NCBI GenBank assembly: GCA_046497275.1
Contig: JAWOFX010000033.1
Span: forward strand, 6,233-38,232
DNA: 32,000 bases
Origin: Promethearchaeia archaeon
GTDB lineage: Archaea > Asgardarchaeota > Lokiarchaeia > Sigyniarchaeales > SOKP01
Direction of reading: 5' to 3'
Part shown: piece by piece, positions 9,314-18,412 of the stretch
How the letters are laid out: each line of letters begins with the position of its first letter
Position numbering within the stretch: the stretch's first letter is position 1
Notes under the pieces: model-generated
Told to the model about the DNA's origin: nothing
The model's database searches: none
Seen by the model: only the letters and a program-made list of their open reading frames with translations
Translations under genes and position numbers: made by a program

Positions 9314-9493
9314 ATGTATAAATGCATTTTTTGCAATTCTGTAACCTCTTTTATATTTGAAGGAGAGGGGAAATACAAGGGAAAGCCTATTTGTCCTAAA
9401 TGTCAATCTGAAAAATTGGGGACAAGATTTCATACAGGGTGCGCTGATGATGATGATTGCTCTCTTAAATTAAATCGCAATGATAATAATTAA
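9314..9493 (+). CDS. Small Cys-rich zinc-finger-like protein (59 aa, absent from the ORF track)
   Basis: Hand translation gives MYKCIFCNSVTSFIFEGEGKYKGKPICPKCQSEKLGTRFHTGCADDDDCSLKLNRNDNN, with two CxxC pairs. The region is more GC-rich than the flanking intergenic DNA. Confidence 0.65.
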   Translation: MYKCIFCNSVTSFIFEGEGKYKGKPICPKCQSEKLGTRFHTGCADDDDCSLKLNRNDNN

Positions 9494-9592
9494 TTTTGAT
9501 TTATAAAGAAATAAGGATTTTAGTTTAAATTTTAAACTCCTCTACAATTTTTAATAAAAACTATATCTTAGAAAAAGTAAAATAAGTTTTCT

Positions 9593-9793
9593 TTATTGTA
9601 ATCGAGGAAATTTGAGTAAATCATCAATCAAATCTACATGTGAGATAATACATCGTTTACAACAAAATCGTTTAATTCCTAGTTCTTTAAATGCTTTTTC
9701 AGAGCTCTCGCCTTTTTCCAGATATTCTTTGTAGGGTTGATACACATCTGCTATAAGCTTACCGCAGGAGAAACATCTAATCGGAATGATCAT
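9593..9793 (-). CDS. rpoN: DNA-directed RNA polymerase subunit N (Rpo10)
   Basis: MIIPIRCFSCGK and RFCCKR, with ISHVDLID. Confidence 0.96.
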   Translation of the reverse strand: MIIPIRCFSCGKLIADVYQPYKEYLEKGESSEKAFKELGIKRFCCKRCIISHVDLIDDLLKFPRLQ

Positions 9794-9915
9794 TTTGAAT
9801 TTTCTCGAAATAGTATTTAAATAGTTATTATTCTATTCTAATACAAAAAAGGATTGCAAACCTAAAATATTTTATTGATTTATTATTTTACTAAAATTCT
9901 GAGCTATCAATAAAT

Positions 9916-10098
9916 TTAATCTAAATTATAAAATTTAGTCCAACGCGTTTTTCTGGGATTCTTCTTTTGAACAAGCATTGCTTTTCTACATTTATTGGAA
10001 CAAAAATGCAGAATAGACCCATCTCGTTTTACATACATAATTCCTCTCCCAATTGGAATCTGATAACCGCAAAAATTACAATTATTAGTTTTTGGCAT
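9916..10098 (-). CDS. rpl24e: 50S ribosomal protein L24e
   Basis: CNFCG, IPIGRGIMYV, FCSNKC, NPRKTRWT. Confidence 0.96.
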   Translation of the reverse strand: MPKTNNCNFCGYQIPIGRGIMYVKRDGSILHFCSNKCRKAMLVQKKNPRKTRWTKFYNLD

Positions 10099-10143
10099 AT
10101 TTTAACTCAATCTGCTATTTAATTAAATATAAATGATTTAAAA

Positions 10144-10548
10144 TTATTCTTCTTCGCTAGGTTTAAATAATTCCGTTTCTCCCATTTTTATAACCTTAAG
10201 ATTAACCAGTGTCATATCTGCTGTGATTTCATTTCCTCTCACAGTTTTTCTTCGCTTCTGCCCATCTCGTTTTGGGCGATATCCTGTTGATCTTTTTGAA
10301 ACTAATATTTTTTTTTTGACAGGGCCATGTATGTCTTTTCTCATTGGGAAACCGCTTGAATCAGATCCTCCAGTTATTAAAAATTCATAATTTGGAAACC
10401 CAATCAATCCTCCCCTCAGTGTATCACCAATTTTCATACCTTCAAGTCTGCTAAATCTATTTTCGTCTAATGTTATTTTCCTTGATTGCGACTTAAACTC
10501 CCCATCAGGCGCTGAGATATTTAATTTATAAACTGTTTTTTCTGACAT
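10144..10548 (-). CDS. rps6e: 30S ribosomal protein S6e
   Basis: GMKIGD, ITGGSDSSGFPMRKDIHG, GQKRRKTVRGNEI. Confidence 0.96.
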   Translation of the reverse strand: MSEKTVYKLNISAPDGEFKSQSRKITLDENRFSRLEGMKIGDTLRGGLIGFPNYEFLITGGSDSSGFPMRKDIHGPVKKKILVSKRSTGYRPKRDGQKRRKTVRGNEITADMTLVNLKVIKMGETELFKPSEEE

Positions 10549-10807
10549 AATGTTTTCTTACCGATCTTAAAAATGTTTAACTATCTTTAAAAATGCATAA
10601 AAATTTAAATATTTTATTGAGAGAGTCTTTCACAGATGGTTTTTATTATTTCTCTTTTTCTTATATGATCTAAAGCTAAAATACTTTTAAGGTATATTTT
10701 ACACTATTTTATAAATAGCAGAATCACTAATAAAAAATTTGAATAACAGTAATTATTTTTATATTCAAAAAATTATTAACTCTATTGAATAAATTAGAAG
10801 GTTTTCT

Positions 10808-11608
10808 ATGCAAATTTTTGAAGCGATTGAGTTAAAGGAATTCCCATACATGAGAACTAAGGAACTTACAAATTTACAGGAAATAAGTAAGGTTTCAGAT
10901 ATTATCAATGAAAATAGTCTAGAGCGAGTCTTCCTTTTAGTTGATCATGATGAGAAAAGAATTTGGTTTTACAATGGACCAAAAAGTTCATTTAAACTAC
11001 AAATCTTTGGAGGAATTCTTGCTGGTGAATTGAGAAAACAACTACGTTTATTTTACAGGATTTTTTCATTAAATCAATATAGAAAGGAAGATAAAACTTT
11101 TCAGGACGTTATGAAAAAATCTTTAGGACCAGGGAGAGCGAAGGAAATTATAGAAGACGATATCTCAGAGGAAACAATAGGGAAGTTTGAACCTCGTGAA
11201 TTATCTGTTCATCCTAATCTAAAAATAAAAGATTCCCTTGAAAATGTGAATTCTTTACCTACCCCCAATAATTTTATAAGAAAGTTTCTCATATCTGGAG
11301 TAAATATTTACACAGATGAAAAAAAAGTTAAAACCTTAATACCCGAAAAAGAAACATTTGAAAAAACCATAAAATTAGGACAATTGAATGATGGCTTTAC
11401 TTTTTTTGATGATCGGTTATACTCTACAAGAGTGATTATTAATCAAAGAAAAGTTCAAGGGATAGAATTATATATTGATGAAGGAGATAAAAGGGAATCC
11501 ATTACTTTAAACATACCTGTTCTTCCAGATGAACGAGTGGATCAGGCTAGAGATATTAATCAGTTAGAAAACGCATTTAATGTTTCAGAACGCCCGGCTA
11601 AAGAATAA
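10808..11608 (+). CDS. Hypothetical protein with an N-terminal gelsolin-like domain and a C-terminal beta-rich domain (Asgard 1DGelX-like)
   Basis: RVFLLVDHDEKRIWFYNGPKSS...GILAGELRKQL follows the gelsolin repeat pattern (hydrophobic strand-D, IWxxxG-x-xSS, long helix). Assignment made by eye. Confidence 0.55.
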   Translation: MQIFEAIELKEFPYMRTKELTNLQEISKVSDIINENSLERVFLLVDHDEKRIWFYNGPKSSFKLQIFGGILAGELRKQLRLFYRIFSLNQYRKEDKTFQDVMKKSLGPGRAKEIIEDDISEETIGKFEPRELSVHPNLKIKDSLENVNSLPTPNNFIRKFLISGVNIYTDEKKVKTLIPEKETFEKTIKLGQLNDGFTFFDDRLYSTRVIINQRKVQGIELYIDEGDKRESITLNIPVLPDERVDQARDINQLENAFNVSERPAKE

Positions 11609-11624
11609 AATAGAAAAGATAAAA

Positions 11625-12974
11625 ATGGTTCTATTAATTAATCCTAAAACAACTAAACCTACAGAAAGAAAAACTGAATTTTTTAGAGAACCTAATACTG
11701 GATTACTTTATCTAGCTGCTATCTTAGCAGATAATAATATCAATGTCGAAATACTTGACCTTGAACAATATTCTAATCTTTCGAGGAATTCTATAGATCA
11801 TATTATCAAAGAAATCACATCATTTCATAATATCATTGGAATCACTTCACTTACTAATACTTTTAAATATGCCAACTATATTGCTAAAATTATAAGAAAT
11901 TCTTATCCCACGAAAATAATAGTTTTCGGAGGACCTCATGTATCTTTTCTCTATAAAGAGATCTTAACTCAAGATTATGAAAACGAGCAACTAATTGATT
12001 TTATTTGTATTGGAGAAGGTGAATATAATTTCTTAGAATTAGTAAAACTTCTTAATTCGCACTCTGTAGAGCATGGCAATATTGAAGAAGTGGAAAAGAA
12101 AGTAAATAACATTCCAAATATTTCATACATAAATTCTAAGAAAAAAGTTAAATTAACGGGAGATAGAAAAAAATCAATAAAACTTAGTCATTTACCACTC
12201 CCAGCCCGTTATAAATTATCTCCAGTTAATTATTATTATACTGTAGCAAACATTATAGTTAACAGAGGTTGCCCTAATCAGTGTAGTTTTTGTTCAAGAC
12301 AGAAACTGTTTGAAACCACTAGATTAAGAACACTTTACTCCATTGCGGAAGAAATTAGAGATATTATCTCTTCTCAAACGTATGAATTTGTTAATTTCTA
12401 TGATAATATTAATTTTAATCTTGAATTTTTCGAGAATTTTTGCAAAATGCTTCAATCATCTGATCTTCACATTTCTTGGGGATGCGAATTGCGTGTGGAT
12501 AATCTATTCTCATCTCATGCTAAGCTTTTGAAAGATGCAGGATGTAAAGTGATCGCTACTGGAATAGAATCTGCGAGCCGTAAAATCTTAAGGAAAAATT
12601 TTAAGTATCAAGATCCTCAACAAGTAAAAAAGGGCATAGAAAATTTAAAGAAATTTGATATACCTGTCCAAGCTTATTTTGTTCTTGGATTACCTGGAGA
12701 AACTGAGAAATCCTTCAAAAAGACTATTAATTATATTAAAGATTTGCCATTATCAGCAGAAGACACGATCAATTATTTTGTAGCAACTCCATATCCGGGT
12801 TCTAAATTATGGACTGAGCGAGAAAAATTTGGAATTAATATTATAGAGGAGGATTTTTCCAAATATGATTGTGAACATATTATTTTTGAAACTAAAGATC
12901 TTTCTTATTTTCAATTAAAAGATATGCTTAAGGAGGCAAAGAATATCGAATCCTATTTTGAAGATTTGCATTAA
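11625..12974 (+). CDS. B12-binding domain radical SAM protein (class B methyltransferase-like)
   Basis: PNTGLLYLAA and FGGPHVS cobalamin-binding region; RGCPNQCSFC CxxxCxxC; GIESAS, YFVLGLPGET, TPYPGS. ATG 11625 avoids an overlap with the upstream gene. Confidence 0.9.
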   Translation: MVLLINPKTTKPTERKTEFFREPNTGLLYLAAILADNNINVEILDLEQYSNLSRNSIDHIIKEITSFHNIIGITSLTNTFKYANYIAKIIRNSYPTKIIVFGGPHVSFLYKEILTQDYENEQLIDFICIGEGEYNFLELVKLLNSHSVEHGNIEEVEKKVNNIPNISYINSKKKVKLTGDRKKSIKLSHLPLPARYKLSPVNYYYTVANIIVNRGCPNQCSFCSRQKLFETTRLRTLYSIAEEIRDIISSQTYEFVNFYDNINFNLEFFENFCKMLQSSDLHISWGCELRVDNLFSSHAKLLKDAGCKVIATGIESASRKILRKNFKYQDPQQVKKGIENLKKFDIPVQAYFVLGLPGETEKSFKKTINYIKDLPLSAEDTINYFVATPYPGSKLWTEREKFGINIIEEDFSKYDCEHIIFETKDLSYFQLKDMLKEAKNIESYFEDLH

Positions 12975-13078
12975 TTTAATAGAGCATACTACCTTAGTTT
13001 AATTGTAATACGAGAAAAATATATCATTTAATATAATCAGATTAAAATTATTAATTAATTAAAAAGGACTCTTATAAA

Positions 13079-14377
13079 ATGCCGAAAATAGATTTTTATA
13101 TCGGAGAGGCATTGATTGGAGACGCACCCAACTTGGCCCATGTAGATGTCATGGTGGGTTCAAAAGAAGGTCCTGTGGGATATGCGTTTTCTCAAAGCCT
13201 TAGTCAACCTTCGATAGGACATGGCAGTTTACTTGCTGTTATTCGCCCTAATTTAGTTCCAAAACCTCAAACGTTGATAATTCCTAAAGTTACAATTAAG
13301 AAAATGGATGAGGCTAATAAGATTTTCGGACCCGCACAATCAGCAGTTGCGAAGGCAGTTGCTGATGCTGTTGAGGAAGGAATTATCCCGATGGATAAAT
13401 TAGATGATTGGGTAATAATTGTAAATGTATTTATTCATCCCGAAGGGGATGATTATAGAAAAATCTACCAATATAATTATGGTGCGGTAAAATTGGCACT
13501 GAAAAGAGCATTACAGAATTATCCTCCTATTGAGAAAATTTTCTATGATAAAGACAGAGCAAAGCATCCTGTAGCTGGAATTAAAGCTCCTAAATTATGG
13601 AGACCTCCTTATCTTCAAGTTGCTCTTGATCATCCCTCAATAGAACATCAAAGTAAAGTTGTAGAAAAGCTTCCTAAAAGTGACAGGTTAATTTTAGAAG
13701 TAGGTACTCCTTTTCTGAAAAAGTATGGTATGGATGCTGTTAGTAAAGTACGAGAATTAGAACCAAATAAATATATAGTCGCAGATCTCAAAACTTTAGA
13801 TGTGGGAAAACTTGAGGTAGATGATGCATTTAATGCAGGAGCCGATGGAGTTGTATGTAGTGGTTTAGCCTCGCCTGCCTCCATTGATAAATTTCTTTTA
13901 GAAGCGGAGAGATTAGGGATTGATGGAATCATCGACATGATGGAGGTCCAAGATCCTGTGGAAAAATTAAAAGCTCTTAAGCAAATCCCTCGAGTAGTAA
14001 TTCTTCATCGTGGTATTGATACTGAACAATCAACAGAATCTTCTGGAACGGATGAAGCACAATTGAAAAAATGGGGTTTTGTTCCGAGGATTAAAGAACT
14101 ATACGCAAATAAGAAACTCGCCAGTGGAAGAGACCGTGTATTAGTTGCGGTTGCTGGAGGAATTACACATGAAACAGCTGAAGATGCCTTATCAATGGGT
14201 GCTGATATCCTTATTGTTGGTCGATTTATCACTTCTAGTAAAGATATTAAAAATTCAGCGAGAAGGATAATAAATGCGCTTCCTGGTTATTCTGATATCG
14301 ATTTAAAGCGCATTCATAGTGAAGACGATGATTTAGAAGCCTTAGAAAAACAATTAGAAGAGAACGACAGCAAGTAA
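13079..14377 (+). CDS. fae-hps: Bifunctional formaldehyde-activating enzyme / 3-hexulose-6-phosphate synthase (Fae-Hps)
   Basis: N-terminal Fae domain ([33 protein letters not shown]). C-terminal HPS barrel ([38 protein letters not shown]). Confidence 0.92.
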   Translation: MPKIDFYIGEALIGDAPNLAHVDVMVGSKEGPVGYAFSQSLSQPSIGHGSLLAVIRPNLVPKPQTLIIPKVTIKKMDEANKIFGPAQSAVAKAVADAVEEGIIPMDKLDDWVIIVNVFIHPEGDDYRKIYQYNYGAVKLALKRALQNYPPIEKIFYDKDRAKHPVAGIKAPKLWRPPYLQVALDHPSIEHQSKVVEKLPKSDRLILEVGTPFLKKYGMDAVSKVRELEPNKYIVADLKTLDVGKLEVDDAFNAGADGVVCSGLASPASIDKFLLEAERLGIDGIIDMMEVQDPVEKLKALKQIPRVVILHRGIDTEQSTESSGTDEAQLKKWGFVPRIKELYANKKLASGRDRVLVAVAGGITHETAEDALSMGADILIVGRFITSSKDIKNSARRIINALPGYSDIDLKRIHSEDDDLEALEKQLEENDSK

Positions 14378-14391
14378 ACCGAAATAAAACA

Positions 14392-14410
14392 TTTTTTCTT
14401 CCTCTTTTTT
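14392..14410 (+). terminator. Candidate archaeal oligo-T terminator after fae-hps
   Basis: TTTTTTCTTCCTCTTTTTT 15-33 nt after the stop codon, in the gap before a convergent gene. Confidence 0.4.
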
Positions 14411-14531
14411 AAACTTAGATTTAATATACTCTTTATTTGTTCTTCAATAATTTTACAAATGAGTAGGAAGATTAGCATTTTTATTGAGTGAGAAATCTAA
14501 AAAATATAAAAAAGAAAAATAATAAAAAATT

Positions 14532-16799
14532 CTATTTTATTGGTCTTGAATTTGCTTGGAAGATGGGGCCGATGAAACTGCTGTACAATTTTGCGTAAGC
14601 CTCCTGATTGCTAATAATACTAATCATGTCAGTCTCTTTATCTGTAAATGGACATATAATAACCTCCTCAGCATCGCGAGTGACTGCATAATAGTCCCCT
14701 TGTTGTGCCAATTGTCGGAATTGAATATTTCCCAATTGCTTCATTTTTCCGATTATATTACCATATTGTCCCATATCAAAATTACTCGTAAGCATGAATC
14801 TAGCGGCTTTTTTCTGAAATGCATATTCAGATATAACTTGGAGTACATCCGGAACTGGAACTGGAGTTACAATAATTATAGACGATTTTGTTCGATATAC
14901 TGCATCCTTTATCGCCGAGATCAACGCGTGCTTGCCTACTGTATGCCAAGTGGTAATTTTTGATATTTCTGGAATTGATTTAGATGCTTGAAAAATATCC
15001 ATTACTTTCTCCTCATTCACTTCTCCTTTTTCTGTTGCATCATCAATTGAATTCATGAATTCTAACGTAAAATCCGCAATAGCATCTTTAATATTTTGGG
15101 TAGTCGCTTTTGTAGTGTCAGAAAGGCTGTTTTGTAATTTTGTTGCGTTATCCTTATATTTTGACTTGTGATCTTCAAGCATATTACCTAAATTTGAATT
15201 TAATTCCTTAGATTCATTATCCCATTCTGCAATATGCCCATTTATTTTATCCGATACATTTTTTTTTGCATCGCTGAATTTATAATCAACATCTTTAGTC
15301 CATGTTTCATTTTGGAGTTTAATTTCTTTATCAAATTCAGTATAATGCCCCAAACTGCCCTCTTGATGGCGATTAATAGCTTCATCATATTTTCGATGAT
15401 GCTCAGCAAAAGATTTCTCAACAGAGTCCTTTAATTTAATAGTGGTATCAGAACAATCATCAATTCCAGATTTAAACGTATCATCAATTTCCACTGTAAG
15501 ATCAGAAGCTAAATTCTCAAGTTGGATATCAACTTTTTCCTGTGCTTCTTGATTTAGCTCTGTTGTTTCTCCTGATAATTTATTGTTTTCATTTGAAATA
15601 ATTTCAGTCAGTTCGCTTTTCACTTCATCAGTAGTACTTTTGTCGGTTGTTATGAACCCTTCACTTTCATTAACAAAATCCTCTTTTAAAGGTTTAGAAT
15701 AAGTAAGAATATCTTCTCTTACTTGAGCATAACGGGCTTTATATTTTTTATGTTGCCCAAATAGTAATGCTTTAAAAGCAGATCCTCTACTTGCTAAATC
15801 ATCAGATAAATCAGTAAAACGACCAGAAATCTCTAATAAGTTTTCTATTAATTGAACCGTTTTATTTTTAAAATCTGTTGTTTGCTTATCAACTTCTGCA
15901 TGTTTCTTATTAAAAGTTGCTTTCAAATCTTCTTGCAAGACATCAGTTGTATTTTTCAGATGATTAATATGGCGAGTTAATAAGGTATCTATCTTATCTT
16001 TTAATTCATTGACAATCTTGTCCATCCTATCAAGATATTTTTCAAGAATCATTTCCGTTTTGGGTTTAAGCTCATTCGCTGTGGTTTTATGACGTTCTAC
16101 GTGTCCATCCAAATCTTTCTTTATTTCTGTTTCTAACCCACTAATCCTATTTGAAAAATCATCTAAAAGATCTGATATGATGCCTTTTAAGTTATTTTTT
16201 GTCTGATTAATTTCATTCTCATTATTCTGCACAAAAGATTCTGAAATGTTTTTCAAATCTGTATTTAAAGAATTCATTATAGAATGAATATTAGACTCAA
16301 GATTCTTTTCTGTGTTTGTGAATCTCTCCTTAGCTCCGTTTATCCTATTTTCTTTATTTGTATTTTTAACGTCAGAATCTTCAAAGAAACTATTAATTTG
16401 TGAACTTACTGCATTTTCCACTTTTCCAATACTCTGATTTTGAATTCCTTCAAGTTTTTCAAAACGATTAGATTGATCTGTGAGTACTCTATCCTTAATA
16501 TCAGCGATTTCTTCTCTAAATGTCTCGGACTCATTAATAAATAATTCAAAAAATGGCTCAAGAGGAATATATCTCGTTACAACTCCTTCAACTTCCTTAA
16601 GGAACCCCTTATCTACGAGTTTATTGGTAATCTCGACAACCCTTTCAAATTCTATTGCATTTTCATCTTCTTCTTCGAAGGAAAAATATACCTCTGAAAC
16701 TGTCGCGCGAGGAACCCTAAGGTAAACTAAATAAATTTTTATATCATCTTCATCAAGACCATATCTTGTGAAGATTTTTTTTGTAAATTCTTTCAACAT
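14532..16799 (-). CDS. 755-aa protein: N-terminal TrmB-like winged helix, long alpha-helical repeat region, C-terminal TrmB/PLD-like domain
   Basis: YGLDEDDIKIYLVYL...LVDKGFLKEVEG resembles a TrmB wHTH. The middle has 22-residue amphipathic periodicity. AIKDAVYRTKSSIIIVTP resembles the start of a PLD-fold effector domain and no HKD motif is visible. Confidence 0.7.
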   Translation of the reverse strand: MLKEFTKKIFTRYGLDEDDIKIYLVYLRVPRATVSEVYFSFEEEDENAIEFERVVEITNKLVDKGFLKEVEGVVTRYIPLEPFFELFINESETFREEIADIKDRVLTDQSNRFEKLEGIQNQSIGKVENAVSSQINSFFEDSDVKNTNKENRINGAKERFTNTEKNLESNIHSIMNSLNTDLKNISESFVQNNENEINQTKNNLKGIISDLLDDFSNRISGLETEIKKDLDGHVERHKTTANELKPKTEMILEKYLDRMDKIVNELKDKIDTLLTRHINHLKNTTDVLQEDLKATFNKKHAEVDKQTTDFKNKTVQLIENLLEISGRFTDLSDDLASRGSAFKALLFGQHKKYKARYAQVREDILTYSKPLKEDFVNESEGFITTDKSTTDEVKSELTEIISNENNKLSGETTELNQEAQEKVDIQLENLASDLTVEIDDTFKSGIDDCSDTTIKLKDSVEKSFAEHHRKYDEAINRHQEGSLGHYTEFDKEIKLQNETWTKDVDYKFSDAKKNVSDKINGHIAEWDNESKELNSNLGNMLEDHKSKYKDNATKLQNSLSDTTKATTQNIKDAIADFTLEFMNSIDDATEKGEVNEEKVMDIFQASKSIPEISKITTWHTVGKHALISAIKDAVYRTKSSIIIVTPVPVPDVLQVISEYAFQKKAARFMLTSNFDMGQYGNIIGKMKQLGNIQFRQLAQQGDYYAVTRDAEEVIICPFTDKETDMISIISNQEAYAKLYSSFIGPIFQANSRPIK

Positions 16800-17020
16800 A
16801 GAAATTCTCCGTCCTTCTAATTAAAATATACTATGAATATTATAAATACTGAATGATTTTTAATTATTTATTTATTAATATTTTCACTTAAAAATTTAAT
16901 TTTGCCATAAAATATTCAATTTATATTCTTATAAATCGATTAATTTAATCCGATAAATTCTTCATTATAAAAGGTAAATATTGGACTAAATTCAGAAGAA
17001 ATTGGCAAAGCGAATGATCA

Positions 17021-18316
17021 TTAGATTTTAATAGTAAAATTATCAAACATTTGGAGATCTCCATATGTACTATTAATAATTGGCATTCCCCATGCCTCTA
17101 ATGAAATGATAGTGTGAGTTGTTTGCTGTATTATTTCCAAAAAACAAAAATGATGAATCTTTTCGGCTCGTGCTATATAATCATAATCATAGGTATCATA
17201 AAGAGGAGCTCCTGCTCCTCCGGATACAATATAAATCGGATCATAGAGATATTCATAATTATATTTATCTGAATCATCAAATGTATAATTCTCAGGATCC
17301 AAACTTGATTGATTAATTATTGGATAAGATCTTTCATAATGATGATTATGTCCGGAAAATACACAAGTGACATTGTATTTTTGAAATAATGGAGGCCAAT
17401 CCGTCCTATGATATATTTCAGATCGGGTTGATAATAGTGGATGATGAAGGAATACGAAATTGATTTCGTTCTCTTTAGAATATTCGTATAGTGTTTTATT
17501 TAACCAATCAGTCTGATTATCTTCTTGATATAAATCATAATATCCATTTGAATTCAAAATAACAAATCCACAATTGCCAAAGACAAAAGAATAATATCGC
17601 TTATAATCTATAAATCCAGGATATAAATTATCATACATTAAGCTACTTAGATCACCTCTTTCATGATTACCTTCTAAAAATAAAGCAATATTATGGGAAT
17701 ATAACTCTTCCACATTTTCGAAATAAGTATTCCATTGAGCTTGAAATCGTCCATCAGCAACAATATCTCCCGAATGAAATGAAAAATCAGAATATTGCTC
17801 TAAAGAAAAATTATTCATTCTATTTGCTAAGGCAGTTCTATCTTCCACTTCTGTTCTTGAATCTCCATACACCGAAAAGCTAAAATTTTTGATATCTGTT
17901 TTATTTGGTAAGGATTTAAAAAATAAAACCTCTCTATAATTATATTTGTCAGACCTTATTCTGTAAAAATAAGTAGAATTGGGAATTAAATCATTCAAGA
18001 TAACAGCATAAGTGTGTGTATTTTGAATATTAAAATATAAAGCATTACAGGTTTTATTAATGGATAAATCCTCATCTAAAGAATACTCCACCAATGGGTC
18101 AGTAGCATTTTTTTCTGTATACCATGAAAGAATAATAGTCCCATTAAGGTTTTGAAAAGTAGTTAATCTAATGCCTTTTGGAGTAAGTTCATCTTCTTTA
18201 TAATTAGAATCATCATCTCCATCATTATTTAAACTCTGTGGAATGAGAATGAATAAATAACTCAATATTAAGAAAAGCAGAATAATGAATCCTATAAGAG
18301 TCTTTTTATTTCTCAT
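17021..18316 (-). CDS. Membrane-anchored purple-acid-phosphatase-like metallophosphoesterase with FN3-type N-domain
   Basis: N-terminal TM/signal segment; HTYAVILNDLIPNSTYFYRI FN3-like; GDSR, GDIV, GNHE, FLHHP, SGHNHHYER and VSGGAG motifs. Confidence 0.85.
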   Translation of the reverse strand: MRNKKTLIGFIILLFLILSYLFILIPQSLNNDGDDDSNYKEDELTPKGIRLTTFQNLNGTIILSWYTEKNATDPLVEYSLDEDLSINKTCNALYFNIQNTHTYAVILNDLIPNSTYFYRIRSDKYNYREVLFFKSLPNKTDIKNFSFSVYGDSRTEVEDRTALANRMNNFSLEQYSDFSFHSGDIVADGRFQAQWNTYFENVEELYSHNIALFLEGNHERGDLSSLMYDNLYPGFIDYKRYYSFVFGNCGFVILNSNGYYDLYQEDNQTDWLNKTLYEYSKENEINFVFLHHPLLSTRSEIYHRTDWPPLFQKYNVTCVFSGHNHHYERSYPIINQSSLDPENYTFDDSDKYNYEYLYDPIYIVSGGAGAPLYDTYDYDYIARAEKIHHFCFLEIIQQTTHTIISLEAWGMPIINSTYGDLQMFDNFTIKI

Positions 18317-18412
18317 TCTATTATTGTATTAGTTTGGCTAATATAAAAATTAAATTGAAATTCTCATAAGATAATAAAATTGATTCAACCTAAATTTATA
18401 AATTGAAAAATT

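Noticed and set aside
12343-15434. ORFs 12343..12531, 13648..13938, 14005..14232, 14556..14963 and 15234..15434
   Set aside because: Alternative-frame or antisense overlaps of longer, motif-supported genes.
14532-16799. SMC/Rad50 or chemoreceptor call for the 755-aa helical protein
   Set aside because: No Walker A/B, signature motif, hinge, TM helices or MCP hairpin motif was seen.
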